This document shows, one piece after another, positions 18,582-28,085 of a DNA stretch of 46,717 bases (position 1 is the stretch's first letter; each line of letters starts with the position of its first letter). The notes under the pieces are model-generated. The model was not told the DNA's origin. It ran no database searches and worked only from the letters and a program-made list of their open reading frames with translations. Made by a program: the position numbers and the translations under genes. The stretch comes from a virus (lineage: Duplodnaviria; Caudoviricetes), in IMG/VR virus record IMGVR_UViG_3300025723_000063, positions 1-46,717 of that record. One strand, written 5' to 3'.

Positions 18582-21038
18582 ATGCCAACTGATGAAAACC
18601 TTGCAAAAGCAGTCCGTGCGCTTGCCTCAGTAGATGATGGAGCGGTACGTCCTGACGGTGTTGGCTACAACGGTGGAGACACCAAGTTCGGCAACGCCCT
18701 AGCGCAACTACCTGCTGAAGCATGGACACCTGAGACGGCCCTAGAAGCCTACGAGATGCTGGAGAAGTACAAGTGGCAACTCTCGTTCGCAGGCATTGAC
18801 TACGATGCCATCACCAAGCCCGTAGCCAACAAGCCAGTTCGTGGCATCAAGGCCGTGGACGTTCGTCAGGGCAAGGTCGTGGTGTTCATCCCGTGGGGAG
18901 ACAGCACCTATCCCAAGGGCGACCTCAACGCCGTATGGAATCGTGAGATGAAGGCGTGGATGATTCCCACGGGCAAGCACGGCTCCGTACTGGCGTGGGC
19001 AAGCCGTAATGGTGTTCCCGTGTCTGACCGAGCCAAGGCGATTCTAGGTCAGTCACCCCAGCCGAGCGCCACCGAGTGGATTGGTGAAGCCGTGCTGGAG
19101 AAGCAGGGCATCGTCATCCGATTTGACTACAACCCCAAGGTCGTGGACGCTATCCGCACCATCAGCGGACGACGTTGGAATGCCGACGAAAAGACGTGGA
19201 CGGTTCCCAAGGAATCCATCAGCATCGTGCGCAAGTTGTGTGAAGAGTACAACATCTTCATGACCAACGACGTGAAGGCACTGAAGGACGTAGAGGTAAT
19301 CACCACGCCTAAGGTCATGGTGGACGGACGCAACTTCGCCATCTACTTCGAGTACGACGCAACCATCATCAGCGAGGTCAGGCAGATGCCTGGGTCGGAA
19401 TGGAAGCCGTCAATCAAGTGTTGGACGGTGCCACAGGAGAGCGTGGACGAAGTGGTGAAGTTCGCCCAGCGTCATAATGCCCGTGTTGCCAAGGAAGCGA
19501 AGCGCCTCATGGACGAGGCCGACAGCGTGCGAGACATCATCGAGGCGAGCGCCGCCAAGGACGCAGAAATCACCATCAACGGATTCGGCAACGAGACGTT
19601 CCAACTGTTCCCCTTCCAGCGTGCAGGCGTGGCGTATGCCATGCGAGCCATGGGCTACGAGCATGACAATGGTGATTGGAAGCAGGTCGCTCCGACCACA
19701 GGTGGCGTGTTGATTGGCGACGAGATGGGTCTAGGAAAAACACCTCAGGGTCTGGCTCTTCTCCAAGCAGCCCAAGCCTTCCCAGCCGTTGTAGTCGTCC
19801 CTGCCAGCCTCAAACTGAACTGGCAACGAGAGGCTAAGCGATGGATACCGCACGCCTCTACGCACGTTGTGAACGGCACCAGTGGTGAACTCCCCGAGGC
19901 AGCAATCTACATAGTCAACTACGACGTACTTGCCCACTGGGTCAACAAGTTCCCTGACCTCAAGGGGCTAGTCCTCGACGAGAGCCACTACATCAAGAAC
20001 GGTTCAGCACAGCGTTCCAAGGCGTGCGTCCAACTCTCCAACCGTGTGGTCGAGGGTGGCATTAGGGCGTGCCTATCGGGGACACCTATCGTCAATCAGC
20101 CCACGGAAATTATTACGCAACTCCGTGTCATCAACCGTCTCGAAGAGTTCGAGGGGGCGACCAAGTTCCGCAACGTCTACGGACGAGCGACCAATCGCAA
20201 CCTCGCTGCGCTGAACCGCAAACTTCGAGCGACGTGCTACGTCCGTCGCCGCAAGGCCGAGGTGCTCACCGAGTTGCCGCCGAAGATGTGGAGCCACGTC
20301 GTCGTGGAAGGTGATTCCAAGGTCATGACCGAGTACAAGAAGGCCGAGGCAGACATCGTTCGCTACCTAGCCGACCTCGCTCACATGCTGGCACTGGAGA
20401 GTGGAGCCGACACCGAAGAGGCAGCCGATGCCGCTTGGAAGAAGGCGCTCCGAGCACGAGCCGCCGAGCAGTTGGTTGCCATCAGCACCCTGAAGCAACT
20501 CGCAGCCAAGGCGAAGATGGAATCAGCCAAGGAGTGGATTGACAACTTCCTCGCCAACGATAAGAAGTTGGTCGTGTTCGGTTGGCACCGAGACGTGGTA
20601 GACGCTATCGCAGACAACTTCAGCAACGGGGTCAAGATTCAGGGCGGACTGACTGGCGAGAAGCGTCAAGCAGCCGTTGACCTGTTCCAAATCGAGGATA
20701 AGCAGAAGGTGATTGCCTGCAACATCAAAGCAGCAGGCGTGGGATTGACCCTGACCGCAGCGAGCGACGTTCTGTTCCTAGAGCAGGGATGGACACCAGC
20801 CGACATGGAGCAAGCGGTAGACCGTTGCCACCGTATCGGTCAGCAAGACAGCGTGACTGGTTGGCTCATGCTCACCAAGGACACGATTGACGAGGACATC
20901 GCCATGTTGATTGACCGCAAGCGAGCCATCGTGAACCGAGCCATTGACGGCTCCGACCAAGATGACGACGTTGAAGGTTCGATGCTAGGCGACCTGTTGG
21001 TCAGCCTCGCAGAACGAGGAATGTCAGAAGGAGAATAA
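18582..21038 (+). CDS. SNF2-family (HARP/SMARCAL1-like) annealing helicase
   Basis: DEMGLGKT, DESH, LSGTP, EQAVDRCHRIGQ; three N-terminal W-x6-W-x-[IV]P repeats. Confidence 0.9.
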   Translation: MPTDENLAKAVRALASVDDGAVRPDGVGYNGGDTKFGNALAQLPAEAWTPETALEAYEMLEKYKWQLSFAGIDYDAITKPVANKPVRGIKAVDVRQGKVVVFIPWGDSTYPKGDLNAVWNREMKAWMIPTGKHGSVLAWASRNGVPVSDRAKAILGQSPQPSATEWIGEAVLEKQGIVIRFDYNPKVVDAIRTISGRRWNADEKTWTVPKESISIVRKLCEEYNIFMTNDVKALKDVEVITTPKVMVDGRNFAIYFEYDATIISEVRQMPGSEWKPSIKCWTVPQESVDEVVKFAQRHNARVAKEAKRLMDEADSVRDIIEASAAKDAEITINGFGNETFQLFPFQRAGVAYAMRAMGYEHDNGDWKQVAPTTGGVLIGDEMGLGKTPQGLALLQAAQAFPAVVVVPASLKLNWQREAKRWIPHASTHVVNGTSGELPEAAIYIVNYDVLAHWVNKFPDLKGLVLDESHYIKNGSAQRSKACVQLSNRVVEGGIRACLSGTPIVNQPTEIITQLRVINRLEEFEGATKFRNVYGRATNRNLAALNRKLRATCYVRRRKAEVLTELPPKMWSHVVVEGDSKVMTEYKKAEADIVRYLADLAHMLALESGADTEEAADAAWKKALRARAAEQLVAISTLKQLAAKAKMESAKEWIDNFLANDKKLVVFGWHRDVVDAIADNFSNGVKIQGGLTGEKRQAAVDLFQIEDKQKVIACNIKAAGVGLTLTAASDVLFLEQGWTPADMEQAVDRCHRIGQQDSVTGWLMLTKDTIDEDIAMLIDRKRAIVNRAIDGSDQDDDVEGSMLGDLLVSLAERGMSEGE

Positions 21039-21599
21039 ATGAAACAGCAAATGATAAAAATGGAGTGCGTTTCCTGTCATGAGTGGGTGACTAGGGTTGA
21101 GAACTTACAAATGACTTGCGAAAAATGCACCCCGCCTTCGCCCAAGTGGGCGGTGGGGGCGGACAAAGTTCGTTTTGTGACGTTTGATGGGTTTGTAGAC
21201 CTTTGGCGTGAGGTGATGGCGGACACTTGCGAGCGTTGGCATGATAAGCGTGATGACTACACGGGTCTGCACGGTCACAATCAGCCGAAGCGACCAGTTG
21301 ATTGTTTTTGCTGGGACTTTGACGCTTTGCTTTTGATGACCAATGATGAGTTGGCGGAGCGAGGCTTGGGGGATAACTATTATCGGCTGTTCCAGCAAGT
21401 GATGAACGGAGCGTTGCGCCGACACCACAAAATAGAGACGGATAAAGAACTATTCCGTTTTTTGTCGTTCGGCGCTAGGTACAACAACAAGCGATTGGAA
21501 CTTACGAACCTCACACCTCGTAGGCGAAAGGCTGTTCAGACTAAGACTGACGTGACTTCCAAATCTCAACGGCAGAAGCGACTGGTTTCAGCAAGTTAG
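21039..21599 (+). CDS. Hypothetical protein with Zn ribbon; atypical, T-rich codon usage
   Basis: CVSC and CEKC pairs; GGAG RBS. Confidence 0.5.
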   Translation: MKQQMIKMECVSCHEWVTRVENLQMTCEKCTPPSPKWAVGADKVRFVTFDGFVDLWREVMADTCERWHDKRDDYTGLHGHNQPKRPVDCFCWDFDALLLMTNDELAERGLGDNYYRLFQQVMNGALRRHHKIETDKELFRFLSFGARYNNKRLELTNLTPRRRKAVQTKTDVTSKSQRQKRLVSAS

Positions 21600-21817
21600 A
21601 GGTTGCCAGAGATGGTTGAGGCGTAGGCGGTTGCCTTCATAGCCTTAGCCTTCAGCAGGGGCACGTCGGGCGTATTGAACGCCGTAGCCGTCGCCAAGTC
21701 CTGCCAAGCCTTTGACGCATCAGCAAGTGCCTTGGCGATACGGGCGTACTGGTTCGAGGCGTAAGTTTCGCCTTCCACACGGTCTGCCAGCAATGCCTTA
21801 GTACTGAAATCAGTCAT
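21596..21817 (-). CDS. Putative internal head protein with N-terminal tag
   Basis: Starts MTDFSTKALL at ATG 21817; Ala-rich helical. Confidence 0.6.
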   Translation of the reverse strand: MTDFSTKALLADRVEGETYASNQYARIAKALADASKAWQDLATATAFNTPDVPLLKAKAMKATAYASTISGNL

Positions 21818-21822
21818 TTTAG

Positions 21823-22533
21823 TTAGTCTATTCCCCAACCAGCGCCGTTATTTGCCGTATTCCCAGGTGTCACATACGAAGAACTTTCGCCGCCCTTGAT
21901 TTGCCAAGAGCCGTCACGACGCTTCGTGTACTCACGTTCGGGGGCATTTGGATTACTGCCCATTCGAGCCGTGAACTTGCGAGGCGAAACAGAAGTGATG
22001 ACGTGGTGGAATGACGAGCCGTTGGGGTGGTGGACAGTAATGGAAGCGCCTACGGCAGGCTCCCACTGGTTCCCATGAAACTCGTGTCCTTTGACATCAC
22101 CCTTGGTGACCGTGCCAGAGGCAATCGAGGTGCCGTTCATTACACCAGACACAGGGTTCTGGTTCGCCATGACTGCGGAGTTGGCATCAGCGGTAGCGTC
22201 CACTGCGGCCTGCGTTGCGCCACGGGCGTTGAGGCCGTCCTCGCCGTTGTTTTCACTGGCTGCGTGGTCGTGCAAGTCGGCAGCGTGCATGTTCAGCGTG
22301 GCGAGGTCTGGGTGACCCGAAGCCTTGAACGCAGCAGCGACATCACGGTGCTGTTGAGCCAACTTCATGTGAGCGTCACGACGAGCAATGATGTCGTGCT
22401 TGCCGACGATGTTGTGTGCATCAGCAGCCATGACCGCCAACTGCTGGCCCTCAGAGGTGTGACGGGGCAGAGCGTCCTGCTTTGGATAGTTGGCGGCCTT
22501 AGCCAGCAACGAAGCGGTGGTGAAATCGGTCAT
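21823..22533 (-). CDS. Putative internal head protein with N-terminal tag
   Basis: MTDFTTASLL; H-x6-H Ala-rich helices; VTKGDVKGHEFHGNQW; small C-terminal beta domain. Confidence 0.65.
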   Translation of the reverse strand: MTDFTTASLLAKAANYPKQDALPRHTSEGQQLAVMAADAHNIVGKHDIIARRDAHMKLAQQHRDVAAAFKASGHPDLATLNMHAADLHDHAASENNGEDGLNARGATQAAVDATADANSAVMANQNPVSGVMNGTSIASGTVTKGDVKGHEFHGNQWEPAVGASITVHHPNGSSFHHVITSVSPRKFTARMGSNPNAPEREYTKRRDGSWQIKGGESSSYVTPGNTANNGAGWGID

Positions 22534-22541
22534 CGAAACTC

Positions 22542-23162
22542 CTAGTAGGCGGTGGTTGACTGGTTGACTGAGTAGGGGAGTGGGGCGACATCATTCAGGC
22601 CACCCATTGTGACGGCGGCAGCAAGGGCGGCAATCGCCTCATTGTGCGCCATGCGAGACATGACAAACGCACGGTGAGCGCCAAGCCAAGCGTCCTTTGC
22701 TGGAATGTTCTCAGGGGCGTGCGTAGCGTCACGGTCAGAGTTCGAGTTCTGGTTGCGGTTGTCAACGGCGAAGTCAATCGCTTCTTTGGTTCCAGCAACG
22801 GACTGCAAGCAACGCTTGGCAGCGTCCAAGTGGGCACCGTAGGCATCACCATTGGCAGAGACGGCCTTGATGTTCGTAGTGGGGTTCGCAGCCTTCATGT
22901 CCTCAGCCAACTTCTGGTGGGCAAGGGCGAGCGAGTTGTGCACGGCGGCAAGAGCAGTGAAATCTTCGGCGGTGAGCGGCGCAATGATGCCCAGAGCAGC
23001 GTTCTCCTGCTTGTCCATAGCCGAGCCAGCGGCACGGTACAGTTCAGCACTGCGAGTAACGAAGGGGGAGTTCGACATCGTGTTCCCAGCGGTGAACGCA
23101 GGCAAGTAGTTGTAGTCGGTTGAACTCTTCAGAAGCGAGTTGGTGGTGAAATCCTTAGCCAC
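22542..23162 (-). CDS. Putative internal head protein with N-terminal tag
   Basis: GTG start at 23162 after GAAAGG gives MAKDFTTNSLLK; Ala/His helices. Confidence 0.6.
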   Translation of the reverse strand: MAKDFTTNSLLKSSTDYNYLPAFTAGNTMSNSPFVTRSAELYRAAGSAMDKQENAALGIIAPLTAEDFTALAAVHNSLALAHQKLAEDMKAANPTTNIKAVSANGDAYGAHLDAAKRCLQSVAGTKEAIDFAVDNRNQNSNSDRDATHAPENIPAKDAWLGAHRAFVMSRMAHNEAIAALAAAVTMGGLNDVAPLPYSVNQSTTAY

Positions 23163-23223
23163 AAGCGTGCCTTTCATGGGTGCGTTCTCCCACAAATCTA
23201 CACCCATCTTGGTGAAATAGCGT

Positions 23224-24339
23224 TTAGATGAGCGGTTCTTGACTGGCGAGGTCGTGGGCACGAGCCGACGCTGCGCTGGCCTGCCCGTACAGATTGGAAG
23301 CGGCATCTTTATCACCACTGTGGTAGGCGGTTGAAGCCTGCTGCCACATGTCCGCCGCTTTGCCGTGAGCGTCAGCCATGTTCTTCATGTGGTCTGCGGT
23401 TGGGTCAGCATCCCCGTACCGCCCAACAGACGTGTAGCGCCCAGCAACTGGCGCTTTGGGGGCTGGCTTTTCACCAGCGGCTTTGTTGAGCGCCATGACT
23501 TCGTGCCGTGCACTATCAGCCTGCTGTGACATCGCCAGAGCATTCTCCGAGGCTTTCTTGTTGTGCCCCCACGCAATGTCCGCCATAGGTTTCCATCCGC
23601 CTTCGACTTTGGACGTGGAGTAGGCGTTTTGGTCTGCCGCATTGCCTGCGGTGAAATGCGCTTGCGCTGCTTGACGATTGAGGTCGGCAGCGGCAGTGAA
23701 CTGACGAGCCAACGGGGTGGTTGCGCCACCGTTCGCCGCACGTTCCTTCGATGCCTTCAGGTCTAGCCCGTCGGCAATGCCACGGTGTTCGTGGCCCAAG
23801 TGCCAGTGCATTCCAGCAATGGCCTTTAGATTTGGATACTTCTGTGTCACAGGGATGTTGTATGCGCCCAAGAGTTGCGCCGCCTCAGGTGAAATGTCGT
23901 CTGGGTCGGTCACTTCGGTTGCCACTTTGGTTACTGGTTGGTTGATGGTCGCTTGATTGGCAGCGTTGGTGAAGTTGGCGGCACGGGAAGAGTACTGCTG
24001 GGCCTTGTCCGCCGTCAGAGCATTGGAAGCAATGGAGTTGCCCTCGACGGGGCGAATCGCCTTGATTTCACTGGCAGCATCATCGTGGGCCTGCGCCGCA
24101 GCCAAGTGTGCGTCTTTGGCCTTACCGTCGGGTAACTGGGCCGCAATCGCACGGTGACCATCAGCAATCTGCTGGTGCTTGGAAACAGTTGCGCCGAGGT
24201 TGTTCTCTAGCGTCGTGTGGAGTGCGTTGGCTTGGGACGACAATGCTGCGGCAGAAGAGTTTATTCCACCACCCAGTTTGGATACGGGGTAGCGAGAAAG
24301 CGACGGGAGAAGTTCAGAAGTAGAGAAGCCAGTCGCCAT
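23224..24339 (-). CDS. Putative internal head protein with N-terminal tag
   Basis: MATGFSTSELL...YPVSK; several Ala/His helical modules separated by PVTK-type linkers; leaderless TAGCCT-N6-ATG. Confidence 0.65.
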   Translation of the reverse strand: MATGFSTSELLPSLSRYPVSKLGGGINSSAAALSSQANALHTTLENNLGATVSKHQQIADGHRAIAAQLPDGKAKDAHLAAAQAHDDAASEIKAIRPVEGNSIASNALTADKAQQYSSRAANFTNAANQATINQPVTKVATEVTDPDDISPEAAQLLGAYNIPVTQKYPNLKAIAGMHWHLGHEHRGIADGLDLKASKERAANGGATTPLARQFTAAADLNRQAAQAHFTAGNAADQNAYSTSKVEGGWKPMADIAWGHNKKASENALAMSQQADSARHEVMALNKAAGEKPAPKAPVAGRYTSVGRYGDADPTADHMKNMADAHGKAADMWQQASTAYHSGDKDAASNLYGQASAASARAHDLASQEPLI

Positions 24340-24389
24340 GTAACAAGGCTACCAACGGTTGGTGAAATCCTCGTTGTAGGCTGGGAATC

Positions 24390-25586
24390 ATGAACATCAA
24401 CGTCCGTGCAGAAAACGTAGCCATTGACAGCATTCAGGCTCACCCATCGAACCCCCGTCTAGGCGACGTTGCCGCCATTGCCGAATCGCTAGAGGTGAAC
24501 GGGCAGTACAGCCCCGTCGTGGTTTGGAACGACACCATCGTGGCTGGTACGCACACATGGAAAGCCGCCAAGTCGCTGGGGTGGAAAGAGATTGCCATCA
24601 CTCGGTTTGAGGGCACAGAGGACGAAGCACTACGGGTACTCATCACCGACAACCGCACGTCGGACATCGCCTCGTATGACAACGCCTTGCTCCTTGACCT
24701 GCTGCGCTCCCTGCCTGACCTTGACGGAACAGGCTACGACCAGACCACACTGGACGAACTGGACGGCGTTTTCACTGAATCAGGCGGCGGCGTTTCCAAT
24801 CCGCTGGTTGAGGACGGCGAAGCAAAGCCCGAACCGAACCCGTTGGTGAAGTTTGGCAGCGCCTTCACGGGGGAACTCGACCCCATCCTGCACGGCATCT
24901 GGCTCGAATCCATCAAGGACGCAGTGGGCGACAAGAAAGCCAAGGTGACCAAGGAAGTTCGTGACCGCCTTGACTTGCCGTCGGAACCCAAGGTGAAATC
25001 AACGCCCAAAGTGGGGAAGTCGGAAACGCCAAAAGTCTCGATGGTGGAAACATCTCTTGTGCCACTGAGCGAACTCCGCCGCTACCCTTCCAATCCTCGT
25101 GAGGGCGACATCGGTGCCATCTCAGAATCCCTGCGCATCCTCGGTCAGTACCGACCCATCGTGGTGAACAAGCGCAACAACCAAATCCTGAAGGGCAACC
25201 ACACCGCCGCTGCCGCATCTGCACTGGGGTGGAGTGAAATCGCCGTCGTATGGGTGGACGTGGACGACGAAGCCGCAACCCGAATCGTTCTGGCGGACAA
25301 CCGCATCGCAGACAAAGCAACGTATGACAACGAACTACTAGTGAAAACCGTAGCGTCACTGAACTCCCTCGACGGCTCTGGGTTCGATGAGGACGACCTG
25401 AGCGAAATCGCCAAGGGCAAAGACAGTCAGCCAAACGGCGTGAAGGTGAAGTTCCAAATCGGAGACGTGAAGTTCAACGTCACTGAGGACATTTTCAACA
25501 CTTGGCTTGGTGAAACGGCAATCCCCGACGAGGCGCTGGCTCGCCTCGGACTTCCAATGTCCGCCCTGCTCCGTGAAGGTGCGTAA
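24390..25586 (+). CDS. Protein with two tandem ParB/Srx-like N-terminal domains
   Basis: HPSNPRLGD..AIAESL..GQYSPVV..IVAGTHT..DNR repeated as YPSNPREGD..AISESL..GQYRPIV..ILKGNHT..DNR. Confidence 0.85.
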   Translation: MNINVRAENVAIDSIQAHPSNPRLGDVAAIAESLEVNGQYSPVVVWNDTIVAGTHTWKAAKSLGWKEIAITRFEGTEDEALRVLITDNRTSDIASYDNALLLDLLRSLPDLDGTGYDQTTLDELDGVFTESGGGVSNPLVEDGEAKPEPNPLVKFGSAFTGELDPILHGIWLESIKDAVGDKKAKVTKEVRDRLDLPSEPKVKSTPKVGKSETPKVSMVETSLVPLSELRRYPSNPREGDIGAISESLRILGQYRPIVVNKRNNQILKGNHTAAAASALGWSEIAVVWVDVDDEAATRIVLADNRIADKATYDNELLVKTVASLNSLDGSGFDEDDLSEIAKGKDSQPNGVKVKFQIGDVKFNVTEDIFNTWLGETAIPDEALARLGLPMSALLREGA

Positions 25587-25798
25587 TGTGGTCAGTGTTC
25601 CTAAGTATTGGTGGAATACTTCTCACGATGCTCGTCGGTATGAAGTACTGGTGGGCTTGGCTCTACGCATTAGTGCTGAACGTAGCGTGGTGCATTTACT
25701 CCGTGGTAACCAAGCAGTACGGGTTTCTCCTAGCAAGCGCCGTGTACTTCGCCGTCTACTGGCGCAACATGGTGGAATGGCGACGGGACAAGGATTGA
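25586..25798 (+). CDS. Small PnuC-like membrane protein
   Basis: Three TM segments; GMKYWWAW and TKQYGF motifs. Confidence 0.6.
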   Translation: MWSVFLSIGGILLTMLVGMKYWWAWLYALVLNVAWCIYSVVTKQYGFLLASAVYFAVYWRNMVEWRRDKD

Positions 25799-25861
25799 AT
25801 CGAACCGACGTTCTCGGTTCTAATCCCCTTGACAAATCGAAAATCCCGTCTAAGTTGAGGC

Positions 25862-26302
25862 GTGTCTCCCAAAGGTGAAAACCCTAAGCGTGAGTACCCC
25901 GAAAAGAGACGGGAGTACGACAGACAGCGGAAGCGTCTACTGCGTGAGGCAGACCGTGAAGCGTACAACGAAGCACAGCGTGACTACTACGCCGACAACA
26001 GTGACCGCATCAAAGAGCAGGTCACCGCTCGCCGCAAAGCACACCGCCTACGAGTGCGCAAGTACTTGGCTGAGGTGAAATCCAAACCGTGCGCCGACTG
26101 CGGCATTGCGTACCCACCACAGTGCATGGACTTCGACCACCTCAGCGACAAGAGGTTCAACGTCAGTGAAGCCGCCAGTGGCAACTACTCGCTAGAGACA
26201 ATCAAAGCCGAGATAGTGAAATGTGAAGTCGTGTGTTCCAACTGCCACCGCATGCGCACACACCGCCGCCAGCAGAAGAAAAAACATCCCGAAAGTCGTT
26301 GA
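25862..26302 (+). CDS. HNH endonuclease
   Basis: CADCG...MDFDH...KCEVVCSNCHRMRT. Confidence 0.85.
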   Translation: MSPKGENPKREYPEKRREYDRQRKRLLREADREAYNEAQRDYYADNSDRIKEQVTARRKAHRLRVRKYLAEVKSKPCADCGIAYPPQCMDFDHLSDKRFNVSEAASGNYSLETIKAEIVKCEVVCSNCHRMRTHRRQQKKKHPESR

Positions 26303-26333
26303 TTCCACCACTCAACCCTGATACATTGTTGTC

Positions 26334-26432
26334 GTGCCCACTCTCGAAGTCATCGTTATCCTCATAGGACTTCCCCTCACCGTCTTGGCGTTGCTCCTAC
26401 TTGGAGAACAAGACATTGACAAAGGAATCTAA
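26334..26432 (+). CDS. 32-aa membrane peptide, not in ORF track
   Basis: TACATT-N6-GTG; MPTLEVIVILIGLPLTVLALLLLGEQDIDKGI; TAA overlaps next ATG. Confidence 0.5.
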   Translation: MPTLEVIVILIGLPLTVLALLLLGEQDIDKGI

Positions 26433-26824
26433 TGGAGAAGCCCGAATACCCTGATGAATCACTACTTGCGTCCATCCAGCATCAGGCCGAGAAACTGGGC
26501 TACCTCGTCGCTCAGGTGGAAAAGATGTTCGACCACCACGTTCGGTATGACCGCCACCAAGAGACGGTGCGCCACTCCAACGCCTCAACCGCCGACCTCA
26601 GCGAATGGATGACCGCACAAATCTCGTCGGATGAACTAGCGGAGCGAGCCGCTGTCTTGATACAGTCAACGTCCGACAACTACGATGCCATCAAAGCCAA
26701 CTACCAGCACAACATCAACACGCTGAACCAGATGGTGCTCGACGGCATCAACAGGGGCAAGGCGCAAGCCAACGACCTCGACAACACCCTCAACGAAATC
26801 TTGAACCAAGGAGACAAACAATGA
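26432..26824 (+). CDS. Hypothetical helical protein
   Basis: 130-aa ORF, AAAGGA RBS, coupled to neighbours. Confidence 0.6.
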   Translation: MEKPEYPDESLLASIQHQAEKLGYLVAQVEKMFDHHVRYDRHQETVRHSNASTADLSEWMTAQISSDELAERAAVLIQSTSDNYDAIKANYQHNINTLNQMVLDGINRGKAQANDLDNTLNEILNQGDKQ

Positions 26825-27333
26825 GCCACGATTACACCAAAAAGGACTACTACAACCACTGGTTGCCGAAGCGCACGCTCGACGACGTGTACGACTTGGT
26901 GAAAAGCCTGAGCAAGACCGTTGCCGAACTGACGAAGGAACTTGAAATCGTCAAGGAGCAGAACGTTGACGCTCTCGAAATGCTCGACGAACTCACCAAC
27001 ACCACCTTCGACGGCGACTTCAACATTACCGTCGTTGCCGACGGGTACGTTGAGCCAAAGGCATACGAAGCCACGACGTTAGGTGAAATCATCGTGGACT
27101 ACCTCGGTGAGGTTCCCGTCTACGAAGAAGAGCCAGAAGAAGAACCCAATGGCTGTGGTGGAAACTGCAAGTGCAAGAAGGAACTGCCACTGGGCGGCGA
27201 GGACGAACTCGACGACATCATCCGCTGGCTGAACATCCAAATCGGCATCGCTGAGCGCAACGAAGGCAACACCACACCCTTTGAGCGCACCCTAGAGCAC
27301 ATCAAGCGCCTTCAGAAGTTCTTGGGCAAGTAG
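26821..27333 (+). CDS. Hypothetical acidic protein (CGGNCKC motif)
   Basis: 170-aa ORF, AAGGAG RBS. Confidence 0.6.
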   Translation: MSHDYTKKDYYNHWLPKRTLDDVYDLVKSLSKTVAELTKELEIVKEQNVDALEMLDELTNTTFDGDFNITVVADGYVEPKAYEATTLGEIIVDYLGEVPVYEEEPEEEPNGCGGNCKCKKELPLGGEDELDDIIRWLNIQIGIAERNEGNTTPFERTLEHIKRLQKFLGK

Positions 27334-27339
27334 TTCACC

Positions 27340-27489
27340 ATGACCAGCGTGGGCTACGGCGTATGCGCAGTGTGTCGCCAGATTATGCGCTTTGACGGCA
27401 AGGGCGAAATGGAGTGGTACCACCTCACCCCTGACATCTCCCACAAACCAGTCCTGAAGTCGTGGGACAACGATTGGACTGAGCAGTGA
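27340..27489 (+). CDS. Small hypothetical protein (CxxC), not in ORF track
   Basis: 49 codons filling the gap; GTGA overlap with the kinase gene. Confidence 0.45.
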   Translation: MTSVGYGVCAVCRQIMRFDGKGEMEWYHLTPDISHKPVLKSWDNDWTEQ

Positions 27490-28085
27490 AATACCTACCC
27501 GTGAGCATCATTGGCGTTGCAGGCGTGGCCCAGAGCGGCAAGAGCACGTTGGGCGAACTCATCGCAGAGCGGTGCGGCTTTCAGCACCACAACTTTGCCG
27601 ACCTCATGCGTGACTTCCTGTACGCCATGAACCCCATCATCGAAGAGCCAGTCATCTACATTGACCACGAAACCGAAGAGGTGGAAACCACCGTCATTCG
27701 TGTCCGTGACATCGTTGACCGCATTGGTTGGGACGGGGCGAAGGTGGAATACCCAGAGGTACGCCAACTCATGCAGCGCCTCGGCACCGAAGCAGGGCGC
27801 AACCTGTTTGGTGAAAACTTCTGGGTAGACCAGTTCTTCTCGGCGCATTCGATTGGAAACCTCATTGTCACGGACGTTCGCTTCCCCAACGAAGCGCAAG
27901 CCATCAAAGACCGTGGTGGAATAATCGTGCGCATCAAGCGTGACGGGTATGAACCAGTCAACGGGCACATCTCCGAGACTGCGTACACCGACCAAGACTT
28001 CATTCTGCACAACAATGGAACGCCCGAAGAGTTGTACGAGAACTTCACCATCGGGCTTGAAGAGTATCTAAAGGACTACCAATGA
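27486..28085 (+). CDS. Deoxynucleoside monophosphate kinase
   Basis: GVAQSGKST, FAD, VRQLMQRLGTEAGR, VTDVRFPNE, HISE. Confidence 0.9.
   Translation: MKYLPVSIIGVAGVAQSGKSTLGELIAERCGFQHHNFADLMRDFLYAMNPIIEEPVIYIDHETEEVETTVIRVRDIVDRIGWDGAKVEYPEVRQLMQRLGTEAGRNLFGENFWVDQFFSAHSIGNLIVTDVRFPNEAQAIKDRGGIIVRIKRDGYEPVNGHISETAYTDQDFILHNNGTPEELYENFTIGLEEYLKDYQ

Noticed and set aside
18585-18592. CCAACTGA at the start of the helicase gene
   Set aside because: Inside the coding sequence with no SD after it; probably chance
23163-23318. Extended N-terminus of the 22542 ORF
   Set aside because: Overlaps the upstream gene; GTG 23162 has an RBS and restores the shared tag
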